Below the pieces are notes generated by a model. The model saw only the letters and a list, made by a program, of their open reading frames with translations. It searched no databases and was not told the DNA's origin. This document shows, in pieces, positions 1 through 9,511 of a stretch of DNA of 64,000 nt (position 1 is the first letter of the stretch; each line of letters opens with the position of its first letter). Position numbers and translations under genes: made by a program. Where the stretch lies: contig NZ_JBKAGU010000044.1 of NCBI RefSeq assembly GCF_046290535.1, positions 91,055 to 155,054 on the forward strand, written 5' to 3'. This DNA is from Bremerella sp. Lineage in GTDB: Bacteria; Planctomycetota; Planctomycetia; Pirellulales; Pirellulaceae.

Positions 1-45
1 GGATTGAGGTTCTCGCCTGCGACGTTGTCCCCGATCGTCTTGCAC
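1..45 (-). CDS. 5' end of a gene running off the left edge of the window (partial, unknown product)
   Basis: Minus strand has AGGAGG (52-58) followed by GTG at 45 and an open frame MQDDRGQRRRREPQS to the window edge; not in the ORF track because it is truncated. Confidence 0.55.
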   Translation of the reverse strand, partial: MQDDRGQRRRREPQS

Positions 46-185
46 GGCTTTCCCTCCTAACAATTGAAGCAAATAGGGGCCGACCATAAAGAGCACTACG
101 ACACCAATTCGAATCAGCAATTCGATGGCATCGACGTCGGCTATTAAATTCCAAAATCCCACAAATGATGTCCCAATAGGTGGGC

Positions 186-1247
186 TTACTTATTCGTTGT
201 CGTTCCGGTGCCGCTGGAAAGGGCGATCGATTTCCGCATGTCAGTGTCGGCTTGCACGTTTCGCAGCGAATAATAGTCCATAATGCTCAAGCGACCACTG
301 CGAAATGCTTCGGAAATCGCTTTGGGGACTTCTGACTCGGCATCAACGACAGCCGAACGAGCGTTCTCGATTTCGGCGAGGTTTTCTCGTTCTTCTGCCA
401 CGGCCATCGCTCGGCGGCCTTCGGCGCGTGCCCGGGCGACTTGCGTATCGGCTTCGGCCTGGTCGGCTTGCAGTCGGGCACCGATGTTTTCTCCGACATC
501 AATGTCGGCAATGTCGATCGAAACAATCTCGAACGCCGTGTTGGCATCCAGACGGCGAGAAAGCACCGCCTTGGAGATCAGGTCGGGGTTCTCCAGCACG
601 TCGGAATGAAACTCAGCCGAACCAATGGCACTCACGATACCTTCACCCACGCGACCGATGATCGTCTCTTCGGTGGCACCACCGATCAGCCGCTGCAAGT
701 TGGCACGCACTGTTACTCGTGCTTTCACCTTCAGCTGAATACCGTTCTTGGCCATGGCATCGAGCGAAGTTCGCTTGGCATTGCGGGGAGGGCAGTCGAT
801 CACTTTCGGATAGACGCTCGTTTGCACAGCTTCCAGTACGTCGCGTCCGGCCAAGTCGATGGCGGTCGCTTCGCGGAAGGTCAATTGAATGGTTTTCGCC
901 TTGTTGGCTGCGATCATCGCCTTGATGACCTGAGGCACATTGCCACCGGCCAGGTAGTGGGCTTCCAGAGCTTTGGTCGTGATTCCGGACGAATCACCCA
1001 GACCTGCCTGAACGGCCATGATCTTGCCGCGGACGATCATCTTGGCATTCACGTTTCGGAACGACATGCCGAGCAGGTCGAAGATCGTGATGCCGGCTCC
1101 GGTCCAGATCGATTGAATCCACAGGCGGAAGTAGAACGCAAAGATCCCGATGATGATCAACATCACCAGCGCGGCGGCCAGCATGCCGATGATCATCGTA
1201 TTCGTCCACCAATCGGCAAGCAGAGCGATTTCAATAAAATTTTGCAT
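186..1247 (-). CDS. floA: Flotillin-like protein FloA (YqfA/UPF0365 family, SPFH)
   Basis: N-terminal TM helix; motifs [76 protein letters not shown]; downstream of nfeD genes as in Bacillus yqeZ-yqfA. Confidence 0.93.
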   Translation of the reverse strand: MQNFIEIALLADWWTNTMIIGMLAAALVMLIIIGIFAFYFRLWIQSIWTGAGITIFDLLGMSFRNVNAKMIVRGKIMAVQAGLGDSSGITTKALEAHYLAGGNVPQVIKAMIAANKAKTIQLTFREATAIDLAGRDVLEAVQTSVYPKVIDCPPRNAKRTSLDAMAKNGIQLKVKARVTVRANLQRLIGGATEETIIGRVGEGIVSAIGSAEFHSDVLENPDLISKAVLSRRLDANTAFEIVSIDIADIDVGENIGARLQADQAEADTQVARARAEGRRAMAVAEERENLAEIENARSAVVDAESEVPKAISEAFRSGRLSIMDYYSLRNVQADTDMRKSIALSSGTGTTTNK

Positions 1248-1317
1248 GGGGTGCTTTTCTACTGCAGCGGCGTAGGTATTGATTCAGCCACCAGTTATGC
1301 CATTCTGGCCGCGAAAG

Positions 1318-1899
1318 TCAAGCAAAGGGGTCGTCTTCGAAAATTTCGTCATTGCGGGTGGTCAGCGATTCCGCAGCTGCATGCTCGGCGGCCGGGGCTG
1401 GTGCATCGTTCGTTTCGTCGACTCGAGCGACCAGGATTCGATTTCCTTCGACTTCCACAACCTCGATCAAATCCCCTCGATCGGCCGCCGGCCCCACAAT
1501 GATCACATCCCATCGATTGCCATCGATTTCGGCGACGCCACTGGGGAGGAGATTGCTGCGAGCGATTCCGCGGCGTCCAACTAACTCGGTATGGCCAGAG
1601 CTGGCGTGGGAATCGACGTACTCTTCCGTTGCCGAATCGAGCAAAATCATACGCCCCATCGGAGTGTGGGGCCAAATACGGATCGCTATCCCAATCATCA
1701 CCGGAACCGTGATCACCGCCGCTGCGAGAAAAGCGGTTCCCACAGCGATATCACATTTCCAATAAGCATAAACGACGGCCGACACCAGCAGTACGGCCGC
1801 GATAAAACCCAGAACGCCTCCCGAAGGAATGAACAACTCGAGAACGATGAGTGCCAATCCTGAGAGGAGCAGAATCAGGGCGATGGTTATAGGTGACAT
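1318..1899 (-). CDS. Short NfeD-family protein (TM helices + C-terminal OB-fold)
   Basis: LELFIPSGGVLG membrane motif and LVGRRGIARSNLLPSGVAEIDGNRWDV...GDLIEVVEVEGNRILV OB-fold; ATG at 1899 has better SD spacing (GAGGG) than the TTG at 1905. Confidence 0.88.
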   Translation of the reverse strand: MSPITIALILLLSGLALIVLELFIPSGGVLGFIAAVLLVSAVVYAYWKCDIAVGTAFLAAAVITVPVMIGIAIRIWPHTPMGRMILLDSATEEYVDSHASSGHTELVGRRGIARSNLLPSGVAEIDGNRWDVIIVGPAADRGDLIEVVEVEGNRILVARVDETNDAPAPAAEHAAAESLTTRNDEIFEDDPFA

Positions 1900-1941
1900 A
1901 GACAAACCCTCGAGTGAACTCGGATACCGGCCTATGGGTGA

Positions 1942-4137
1942 TTACGATTCCGAGCGAACGATGGCATAGTTGCCGCGCACTTGAACGACGACAACCTTAT
2001 CGCCTTTTTCAATCATATCACCATCGGATGTGACGCTCACGATTTCGTGCCCGATTTTTGCTTTGCCGCTGGGACGTAGCGGGGTGAGGGCCAGGCCTGT
2101 GTTGCCCACCAGGTGTGACAGATCAACGATCGTTTCCCGGCGACGAATCTCTTCCATCGCTTCGTCATCAGGGGCATCCAGCATGGTTTGATTCAAGAAC
2201 GGGGTTCTGGGCAGAACGTGCTTAGCAAAGAACGCCGCAGCGATCATTCCAGAGAATAAGACCAGGATCGTACCCAGCGAATAAGGAACCTGGTCGAGTT
2301 CGTAGTCGGTGGTCGGCCAGATGAACGTTTGCATAGCGAGAACGATACCTGCGATAAACATCGCGCCTCCGCCCAGGCCAAAAATGCCGAAACCTGGCAG
2401 CACGAGAAGTTCGAGCAGGATGAAGAAGAGGCCGCCGATGATCAGCATCGCCTCCAGCCAGCCGGCGGTGCCGTTTAGGAAACGACTCCAGAAGAAGAGC
2501 CCAAAGCATATGGCTGCTACGAAACCGGGAATGCCTACACCAGGAGCTTTAAATTCGCTAATCAGAGCAATCACACCGATAAACAAGCAGAACATCGCCA
2601 AGCCAGGTCTTGCCAAGATCTCGATAAACTGATGAGCCCAGTTTTGCCTTGGGATCTCAAGCTCGTCCGGCAGACCATAACGGCGGGTAACGTCTGAAAC
2701 GCTCGTTGCATTCGCATCAGCTATACCCCAGTCGAGTGCCTGGGTGCCAGTCAATTGCAGCGGTATGCCAGGCTGGGTAACCTCGAGGCCTTGCTTCCAC
2801 TCGTTGGCATTGGGCAGTTCGGCTACCTCACGCTCGCAGAGATACTTGGTGAGCGTGGTGCCGGGACGCTGGTAGCGAAAGACGCTCAATTCCGGATCGT
2901 TCATTGCGCCCCAAACCGACCACGATCGGTTGGCTTCGACAGAGATCCTGGCCAGGTAGTTCTCCAGGTCGACGCGACCTTGCTCGGTGTATTGGTACAC
3001 ACCCTCTCCGCCAAGTCTGGCGTTGGGCGAAACAGCGATCTCATCGCAGGCCATGGCTATCAACGAGGCATTGGATGTCGCTTCCTCCGTGATCAACGCC
3101 ACCGTATGCACGGTGTCAGGCAATCCGAGCAGGAAGTTGACCATGTTCTCGCAAGCGACCGGGTCGCCGCCTTGCGACTTGAGTTCGATCAGTGCGAAGT
3201 TAACACCACGCGAGACGGCATCTTGCATGGAGAGAGAGGTTCGCTGAACCATCCGGTTGGAGATCTCGCCATCCATGATGAAGCGAGCCGGTTTCCAATC
3301 TCGGTTAAGTCCCAGATCTTGTGTGATTTGGTTTTCCGGAATCTCCAACAGGGTGGCCAGTTGGCGGTAGTCCTCGCTTAAGTGGCTGATCAGTTGCAAG
3401 TCTTGTCGTAGCTTGTTTGCCGTGAACAAAGCCATCTGTCCGCGCGGAACGAGCTTCTCGGAAGTCGCGACCTGTCCGTCCGCCTTCAACTTGGCATACT
3501 CTTCACCACTGACGAAGCGGCGGTCGTTCACGCGGTAGATTTCCAGGCTGGGGTCCAGCATGCCCATTGCTAGTTGAGGTGGCAAAACGTTACGAAAGCC
3601 TGCAATCTCTTCATAGGCGTGACGCATCGTGTTGGAGATCGCGCCTTCGTCGATCCCTGCGTTTCCAAGCTCGGCATCGGGGTGCATGACAATCTGTTCA
3701 CAGGCCAGCGGAACGAGGACTGCGTGCCCTTCAATTGGCCCTTTCAAGAAGGCGACCGTCTTCAGGCGTGTCGCTTCCTTGGAGGTCAGGAACCGGGCGA
3801 TCGCCAGGCTGCGTTCAAATTCGCTGCCGCGCGACTTGCCATCGGAGCCTGCTTCCAGTTCGAGAATGACGACCGGACGCTCATCTTTGTCGGTCAATCG
3901 AGAGATCAGCTTCTGTAGGCTCTTCTTGACGTCAGTATCCACCGTTCCGGCAATCGGTAGCGGGATTTTCAGCCGAACGCCGGCAAGCTTGGGGGCCGCC
4001 TCTTGATTGGCCTGGTCCTTCCCCTTAGCGGCAGGTTCGTTCTGCTGAGACAGAACTGCCGAGGGGGATAATGTAACCAGAGCCAGCAGCAGAAAAGCTT
4101 CTGCCCACCAGATCCAGGTGCCGCGAGCTTTCAACAT
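1942..4137 (-). CDS. Long NfeD-family membrane protein with two ClpP/crotonase-like domains, TM region and OB-fold
   Basis: Signal peptide; two similar segments (...LACEQIVMHPDAELG and ...MACDEIAVSPNARLG); EFKAPGVGIPG and LELLVLPGFGIFG TM motifs; C-terminal GNTGLALTPLRPSGKAKIG...SDGDMIEKGDKVVVVQVRGN. Confidence 0.88.
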   Translation of the reverse strand: MLKARGTWIWWAEAFLLLALVTLSPSAVLSQQNEPAAKGKDQANQEAAPKLAGVRLKIPLPIAGTVDTDVKKSLQKLISRLTDKDERPVVILELEAGSDGKSRGSEFERSLAIARFLTSKEATRLKTVAFLKGPIEGHAVLVPLACEQIVMHPDAELGNAGIDEGAISNTMRHAYEEIAGFRNVLPPQLAMGMLDPSLEIYRVNDRRFVSGEEYAKLKADGQVATSEKLVPRGQMALFTANKLRQDLQLISHLSEDYRQLATLLEIPENQITQDLGLNRDWKPARFIMDGEISNRMVQRTSLSMQDAVSRGVNFALIELKSQGGDPVACENMVNFLLGLPDTVHTVALITEEATSNASLIAMACDEIAVSPNARLGGEGVYQYTEQGRVDLENYLARISVEANRSWSVWGAMNDPELSVFRYQRPGTTLTKYLCEREVAELPNANEWKQGLEVTQPGIPLQLTGTQALDWGIADANATSVSDVTRRYGLPDELEIPRQNWAHQFIEILARPGLAMFCLFIGVIALISEFKAPGVGIPGFVAAICFGLFFWSRFLNGTAGWLEAMLIIGGLFFILLELLVLPGFGIFGLGGGAMFIAGIVLAMQTFIWPTTDYELDQVPYSLGTILVLFSGMIAAAFFAKHVLPRTPFLNQTMLDAPDDEAMEEIRRRETIVDLSHLVGNTGLALTPLRPSGKAKIGHEIVSVTSDGDMIEKGDKVVVVQVRGNYAIVRSES

Positions 4138-4200
4138 CCGGGGACCTATCTTCGCAGGAAGTGGGCGCTAGAATTAGCGGCCCTATTCTTAGATAACTGA

Positions 4201-4206
4201 ATTATA
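4201..4206 (-). promoter_or_regulatory. Candidate sigma70 -10 box for the nfeD-nfeD-floA operon
   Basis: Perfect TATAAT on the minus strand 64 nt upstream of the ATG at 4137; the nearest TTGCCC is only 15 nt away, so the -35 is doubtful. Confidence 0.4.
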
Positions 4207-4225
4207 GCGCGAGACGAAACGGGGC

Positions 4226-4276
4226 AAAAGAAAATCCACCTTTCCGATTCGTGAAGGAATCGAGAAGGTGGATTTT
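4226..4276 (-). terminator. Intrinsic terminator after the TIGR03009-type gene
   Basis: AAAATCCACCTT(4231-4242)/AAGGTGGATTTT(4265-4276) outer stem with an inner CGATTC/GAATCG stem; T-rich tail on the minus strand. Confidence 0.75.
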
Positions 4277-4309
4277 GTGCGAATTAAGGCGATTTGGGTG
4301 GAATAGCTA

Positions 4310-5362
4310 TTAGCGAGGAATTACTTGATTGGGGCGACCAGCATTGGCTGGCCCCTGCCCTTGCTGCTGGGCACCTGGTGTCTGCTGAACGACCCGCTGC
4401 CAACCGCTAGGCAGTTGCGGCTGATAGAACGAACGCTTGAACATTGCTGCCAGGCCGGCCGTCAGGCCCCCTTCTTCGTATGTCTTGCGATCTGAGAACT
4501 GGTAGACCGTACGCGAGTAGTTCGGCATGTTCGGTGGGGTGGCGTTCGGGTTGTAGTTTCGATCGAACACCGAAATGGCAAACGGCAGGAATTCTTCCCG
4601 ATCGATCAGGATATCGATGTAGCGGTACTCGGCCGCATCTTGAGGACGCTTCGGCCATGCTTCCAACCAATATTCGTTGGGGTTGTTGGTTTGGTAAGGA
4701 GAGACACGCAGGTGAAAGCGCTCTTTGATCTCTTCCTTCTTGGCACCGAACAAAAACGGTAGTGGGCCATTGGTAATCGCCTGACCTTGTTGCTCTGGCG
4801 GAAGTGGCCAAATCTTGAGCTGCTTGGCTGCGACATCAAACTCGAAGATCGAAGCACCATCACAAACCCAATGTTCCAGCACTTCCGCAGGGCGGAATTC
4901 GTAGGTCGCAGGCTTGCCGGCTTCCTTGGGTGGTGTGTAATGCTGGATCGACTCGACTTTGAACAAACCCTTGTCAGGCTGCTCGTATTTGATGATGCCC
5001 TTGCCGTAGGTCTTGTGCGTGTCGGCAGGACCGAAGACCGAGTCATATTCCCAACGCTCGAAGTTGGCTTCGTAGTGATTAACCTTCTTACTGCGGAATT
5101 CCCAGAACTGCAGGATATCGTCGATGTACTTCTGTTCCTGCGGAGTGACCTGGAAGGGGGCCGGGATCATTTGGCCTTGGCCTGCTTGGGCCTGACCAGC
5201 AACCATGCCTGGTTGAAGATTCTGCTGCTGCGGATTGACCTGCTGGCCATTCTGGGCGAGTCCCAAAACTTGGCCGTTACCAGATTGAACCTGGGCAAAG
5301 CTGTTGCTGCTGACGAGGCCGACCATGGCCATGCACGCCGCGAGGAAGATTCCATTCTTCAT
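4310..5362 (-). CDS. Planctomycete-specific LolA-like exported protein (TIGR03009-type)
   Basis: Signal peptide from ATG 5362, Gln-rich linker, motifs ANFERWEYDSVFG, GIIKYEQPDKGLFKV, EHWVCDG, ITNGPLPFLFGAK. Confidence 0.7.
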   Translation of the reverse strand: MKNGIFLAACMAMVGLVSSNSFAQVQSGNGQVLGLAQNGQQVNPQQQNLQPGMVAGQAQAGQGQMIPAPFQVTPQEQKYIDDILQFWEFRSKKVNHYEANFERWEYDSVFGPADTHKTYGKGIIKYEQPDKGLFKVESIQHYTPPKEAGKPATYEFRPAEVLEHWVCDGASIFEFDVAAKQLKIWPLPPEQQGQAITNGPLPFLFGAKKEEIKERFHLRVSPYQTNNPNEYWLEAWPKRPQDAAEYRYIDILIDREEFLPFAISVFDRNYNPNATPPNMPNYSRTVYQFSDRKTYEEGGLTAGLAAMFKRSFYQPQLPSGWQRVVQQTPGAQQQGQGPANAGRPNQVIPR

Positions 5363-5458
5363 CGAGGATTTCCGCTTTTGAGGGGGACCAAACACGACTG
5401 GGATGCCCCAGCCAATGGGGAAACGAGCCTGGATCGTATCACATTGCCTGCATGCGAC

Positions 5459-6076
5459 CTAGATCGAATCTTCGCGAGGAGCTAGCAGGTGATAAAGCTC
5501 GTCGAAATGAGTCGCAATGTGCGTTGCCTGTTCGCTTCCCGCGATACTCGCTGCGTCCTTACCTTCGGTAAAAAGGACACTCGGGCAGCCGGCGTTGTGG
5601 GCCGATTGAATGTCGAGGTCATAGTCCCCCACCATCACGACCTCGTCGACGGTGAACTTCCAGCGGCGGCAGATCTCGAGGATGGCCCATGGATCAGGCT
5701 TATGAGGGCCGTCCTCCCGGCAGATGACAATGTCGAAGTAGTGTCCAATATTTAGAAACTTTAATGTGTACCGCGTGGTCTCGGTGCTGTTGCGTGTCAC
5801 GATCGCCATCGGTCGACCTTCTTTGGCTAATGCCCTTAGTAATCGGTCCGCTCCGTCGATCATCGAGGCCCGCTTGGCCCCTTCGAGTTCATGTCGATGA
5901 AGAATCACTTCTTTTGCTGCGCGGTCGGCTTGGGAGAGTTCGCCCAACTGCTCTAAGATAGGTATACCGGGACGCAGCCCCATCTCGGCCCGCATCGCGG
6001 CGAAGTCGAGGCCCGAATCAACAAGGGTCCCGTCCATGTCGAAGATGATGCCTTTGAGGTGCGAAAGTGCCGTCAT
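5459..6076 (-). CDS. HAD-superfamily hydrolase (subfamily IA)
   Basis: IIFDMDGTLVDS motif I, IVTRN motif II, HKPDP, VMVGDYDLDI motif IV. Confidence 0.9.
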   Translation of the reverse strand: MTALSHLKGIIFDMDGTLVDSGLDFAAMRAEMGLRPGIPILEQLGELSQADRAAKEVILHRHELEGAKRASMIDGADRLLRALAKEGRPMAIVTRNSTETTRYTLKFLNIGHYFDIVICREDGPHKPDPWAILEICRRWKFTVDEVVMVGDYDLDIQSAHNAGCPSVLFTEGKDAASIAGSEQATHIATHFDELYHLLAPREDSI

Positions 6077-6118
6077 GGTGAGTTGCTGTTTCGTTGCTAG
6101 TTCTAGGAGGGAAAGCCT

Positions 6119-7114
6119 GTGGAAGTTGCTGTCTTTGGAACCAAATCGTACGACCGTCAGTTTCTGCAGTCAGCCGCTGAGGGGACGGATATCCAGTGGA
6201 ACTTCATTGAGCCGCGTTTGACGGAAACGACGGCCCCTCTGGCTTCTCCATTCGAGGCGATCTGCTGCTTCGTAAATGACGAGATCTCATCCGGTGTCCT
6301 GAAAGAACTCGCCAACGGAAACACCAAACTGATTGCCATGCGTTGTGCCGGGTACAACAACATCGATCTGACGAAGGCCCAGGAGCTTGGAATCAAGGTT
6401 GCCCGGGTTCCGGCCTACAGTCCCTACGCGGTCGCTGAGCATGCCGTTGGTTTAATCCTGACGCTCAACCGCAAATATCACAAGGCGTACAACCGAGTTC
6501 GCGAGGGGGATTTCTCGTTGGGAGGACTGCTGGGATTTGATCTGCATGGTAAGACGGTCGGTGTGATCGGTACCGGCAAGATCGGCCAGATTTTTGCTCG
6601 AATCATGCATGGATTCGGCTGCAAGCTGCTCGCCTACGATGTACACGAGTCTGACGACTGCCTGAAACTGGGCGTGAAGTACGAGTCCCTTGAAGAGGTA
6701 CTCGCTCAAAGCGATATCATTTCGCTGCATTGCCCTCTGCTGCCGGCGACCAGGCATTTGATCGATGAAGAGGCGATTGGCGAGCTAAAACCAGGTGCCA
6801 TGATCATCAACACCAGTCGTGGTGGATTAATCAACACCATGGCTGCGATCAACGGCCTTAAAACCGGGCAAATCGGCTCGTTGGGAATCGATGTCTACGA
6901 AGAAGAAGCCGAGTTATTCTTCGAAGACAAGTCGGAGTCGGTGATTCAAGATGATGTCTTTGCCCGTCTGGTGACGTTTCCCAACGTTCTCGTCACGGGG
7001 CACCAAGGCTTCTTCACCCAAAACGCCCTGGAGGCTATCGCCAATGTAACCGTGCAGAACCTGAAGGAATTTGCGGCCAGCAGAGATCTGACGAACGAAG
7101 TCAAAGTTACGTAA
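6119..7114 (+). CDS. ldhA: D-lactate / D-2-hydroxyacid dehydrogenase
   Basis: GTG start with AGGAGG; MRCAGYNNIDL, ARVPAYSPYAVAEH, GVIGTGKIG, SLHCPL, INTSRGGLI, DVYEEE, VTGHQGFFT. Confidence 0.9.
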   Translation: MEVAVFGTKSYDRQFLQSAAEGTDIQWNFIEPRLTETTAPLASPFEAICCFVNDEISSGVLKELANGNTKLIAMRCAGYNNIDLTKAQELGIKVARVPAYSPYAVAEHAVGLILTLNRKYHKAYNRVREGDFSLGGLLGFDLHGKTVGVIGTGKIGQIFARIMHGFGCKLLAYDVHESDDCLKLGVKYESLEEVLAQSDIISLHCPLLPATRHLIDEEAIGELKPGAMIINTSRGGLINTMAAINGLKTGQIGSLGIDVYEEEAELFFEDKSESVIQDDVFARLVTFPNVLVTGHQGFFTQNALEAIANVTVQNLKEFAASRDLTNEVKVT

Positions 7115-7125
7115 CTTCGAAGCGA

Positions 7126-7596
7126 CTAAAGCGTCACGCTGGCCAACTTCAGAATGGCCTCAAACTCCTTCTTCTTTACCGGCTGGACTGAAAGACGCGA
7201 GCCTTTGCGCATCAGTTCCATGTCGGCCAGAGCCTTAACACCGATGAGTTCATTCCGCCCCAGTGGTTCAGGGAATTTCTTCTTCAGTTTGATATCGACC
7301 ATGAACCAACGTGGGTTCTCAGGGGTGCTCTTGGGGTCGAAGTGGTGATCGTTTTCGTCCCACGAAGTGAAGTCGGGATAGCTTTCTTTCACGACTTCCG
7401 CCACGCCGACAATAGACGGAGGGTTTGCGTTGGAATGATAGAAGAGCACGAGGTCTCCCTTCTTCATGTCGTCCCGCATGAAATTCCGAGCCTGGTAATT
7501 GCGTACGCCCGACCAAAAAGTCGTCTTCTTTTTTTCCTTGGCCAGGTCGTCAATCGAGTAAGATTCTGGCTCGGTCTTCATTAACCAGTAGTTCAT
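7126..7596 (-). CDS. EVE domain-containing protein
   Basis: MNYWLMKTEP, WSGVRNYQARNFMR, GDLVLFYHS, NPRWFMVD, SRLSVQPV. Confidence 0.93.
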   Translation of the reverse strand: MNYWLMKTEPESYSIDDLAKEKKKTTFWSGVRNYQARNFMRDDMKKGDLVLFYHSNANPPSIVGVAEVVKESYPDFTSWDENDHHFDPKSTPENPRWFMVDIKLKKKFPEPLGRNELIGVKALADMELMRKGSRLSVQPVKKKEFEAILKLASVTL

Positions 7597-7782
7597 CGTT
7601 GGGTGCTATCACTCGGGGATTGGGCCGTTTGCTACGGCAATTTTCATGTTTCGTCCAGAACCGATAGAATAAACGACTCGGCTACCGTTTGTCATGGGGC
7701 GCAAGCTGATGTTGACTGATGGCCTGTAATGCGGGACAACGTCGCTCCCTCTTTCTAGTGGATTGAAACAGAGCAGTCGGAA

Positions 7783-8691
7783 TTGAAAAGCAGGACGCAA
7801 AAAAGCGACGAATTCTTAGCCATCCCCATGTTTGTGGCGACGGTGGCGATCCTTTCGTTCTTTGCGCTGACCGTCCAAGAGTTTATGACGCGGGAAGAGC
7901 ACCTGTCTGTCCCACGGCTGATGGCCTTTTTCTATCTCACGTTGGCCATGTACCCGATCTTCTGGGCAGAGTCTCTCTGGCACTTTGCCATTGATAGTCC
8001 GCGAAAATGGAGAACGCTCTACGCAAGCGTTCTCCCCCCGCTACGATTGGCCCGGCGCGATATGGAAGATGGATCGCGAATGTGGCTGCCCATATTAGGG
8101 TGGCGGCATATCGATGAGGATCTGCACGAAGAGGTCGAACGCGATTTGAGCGTGCCGATGATTATCGTAGCCGTGATGATCCTCCCGCTGCTGGCGATCG
8201 ACTTCGTGTGGACCACCCAGTTGGAACGTTCGCGCGAGCTGCAAATTGTGGTCGAAACAGGCTACAGCATTACCTGGCTGGCATTCACGATGGAATTCAT
8301 CGTGATGTTTTCGATCGTCGACAAAAAGATGCTGTACTTGAAGACACACTGGGTCGATCTGCTCATCATCTGCCTGCCGCTGGTCGCGTTTCTGAGGGCC
8401 TTTCGTATTACCCAGCTGGCACGCTTGCAGCAGGTCACCCGGGCAACGCGTGTCTACCGCATGCGAGGCTTGGCCCTGCGGGTATGGCGTGGGCTTCTGG
8501 CGATGGATGTGATCAGTCGCTTGGCCCGTATGACGCCAGAGGCAAAGATCGAAACGCTGAAAAAGCTAATCCAAGAAAAACAACGCGAAATCGAAGATCT
8601 CGAAGAGGAGATCGCCGATCTTGAGACGCAGATCAATCCAAAGACGGAAGATGAGGCCGCCAAGCAAGTCCGTGAAGGGGAAGCGGCCTAG
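7783..8691 (+). CDS. Membrane protein with voltage-sensor-like (S1-S4) repeats and a C-terminal coiled coil; no pore domain
   Basis: S2-like WLAFTMEF, S3-like YLKTHWVDLLIICLP, Arg-periodic S4-like LRAFRITQLARLQQVTRATRVYRMR; no TxGYG filter; TTG start supported by the N-terminal internal repeat. Confidence 0.72.
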   Translation: MKSRTQKSDEFLAIPMFVATVAILSFFALTVQEFMTREEHLSVPRLMAFFYLTLAMYPIFWAESLWHFAIDSPRKWRTLYASVLPPLRLARRDMEDGSRMWLPILGWRHIDEDLHEEVERDLSVPMIIVAVMILPLLAIDFVWTTQLERSRELQIVVETGYSITWLAFTMEFIVMFSIVDKKMLYLKTHWVDLLIICLPLVAFLRAFRITQLARLQQVTRATRVYRMRGLALRVWRGLLAMDVISRLARMTPEAKIETLKKLIQEKQREIEDLEEEIADLETQINPKTEDEAAKQVREGEAA

Positions 8692-8734
8692 TTGTTTACA
8701 ATGGTAGTAGCTTTAGCCCAGAGCGGCATCTAGC

Positions 8735-9430
8735 TTACTTCTCTTCTTTGAGTGGCGACTTATCGAGTTCCTGTGTGCCGTCCAGTTCACGCAGGCGGAT
8801 GCTGCGGTACCAGACCGGATCGCCGTGATCTTGCAGCTTCAACTTCGCACCTCGCGAATCGAGCTTGGCTCCACGCTTTCTCAGCTTTTCGACCTTCTCG
8901 GCAAGATCAGGATTGGTGTAGTCGATATCGACCACTTTCTCGCCATTGAGCCAATGCTGGATAACCGTTCCCTGGCAGACAATCCGCCCCGTGTTCCACT
9001 GGCCTGGCTCTTTGGTCGCGTCATGCGATGGGGCGATGCAGTAGTAGAGAGATGCCGCACTCGTGTCAGGCGTCTTTCCGTCGCGATGCTTCTGATTATC
9101 GAGGATCTGGTACTCGTACTGACCAGGACGATAGTAGACGCCACTGTTGCTGCCTGGGGCAACCTTCCATTCGAAGCGAAGTTCGAAGTCGTCGGGGATA
9201 TGCTTCACATCGTAGACGATATCGCCGCCACCACCGGTTCGCTCGATAACGCCATCGGTGACTTTCCAATTGCCATTCTGCTTCCAGCCTGCGAGGTCTT
9301 GTCCGTTGAACAGCAGTTCAAAGCCGTTGGTTTTCTCGTCAGAGGTTAGTTGGTTGGCTTCGTCAGCACGCAGCAAGACTGCGGCTGCGCAAGTAAGGAT
9401 GAGAGCAAGACACAGGCTAAGTCGGTGCAT
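8735..9430 (-). CDS. DUF1080 (3-keto-disaccharide hydrolase family) exported protein
   Basis: Signal peptide; LFNGQDLAGW, DFELRFEWK, NSGVYY, YEYQILDN, GQWNTGRI, LQDHGDPVWYRSIR. Confidence 0.9.
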   Translation of the reverse strand: MHRLSLCLALILTCAAAVLLRADEANQLTSDEKTNGFELLFNGQDLAGWKQNGNWKVTDGVIERTGGGGDIVYDVKHIPDDFELRFEWKVAPGSNSGVYYRPGQYEYQILDNQKHRDGKTPDTSAASLYYCIAPSHDATKEPGQWNTGRIVCQGTVIQHWLNGEKVVDIDYTNPDLAEKVEKLRKRGAKLDSRGAKLKLQDHGDPVWYRSIRLRELDGTQELDKSPLKEEK

Positions 9431-9511
9431 GGGTGGGATCTTTCGGAAGTTAAGATTGGAGTAGGCGTCAATTGGGACGTCTCGTAACCAATCACGAAGA
9501 TCCCAAACGCA

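Noticed and set aside
46-6117. Identical 14-mer TAGGAGGGAAAGCC before two GTG starts (46-59 minus, 6104-6117 plus)
   Set aside because: Mostly a Shine-Dalgarno sequence; shared 14-mers are expected by chance in a window of this size.
6077-6118. Only 42 bp between the divergent HAD and ldhA starts
   Set aside because: Compact divergent spacing is common, and no motif beyond the SD sequence was seen.
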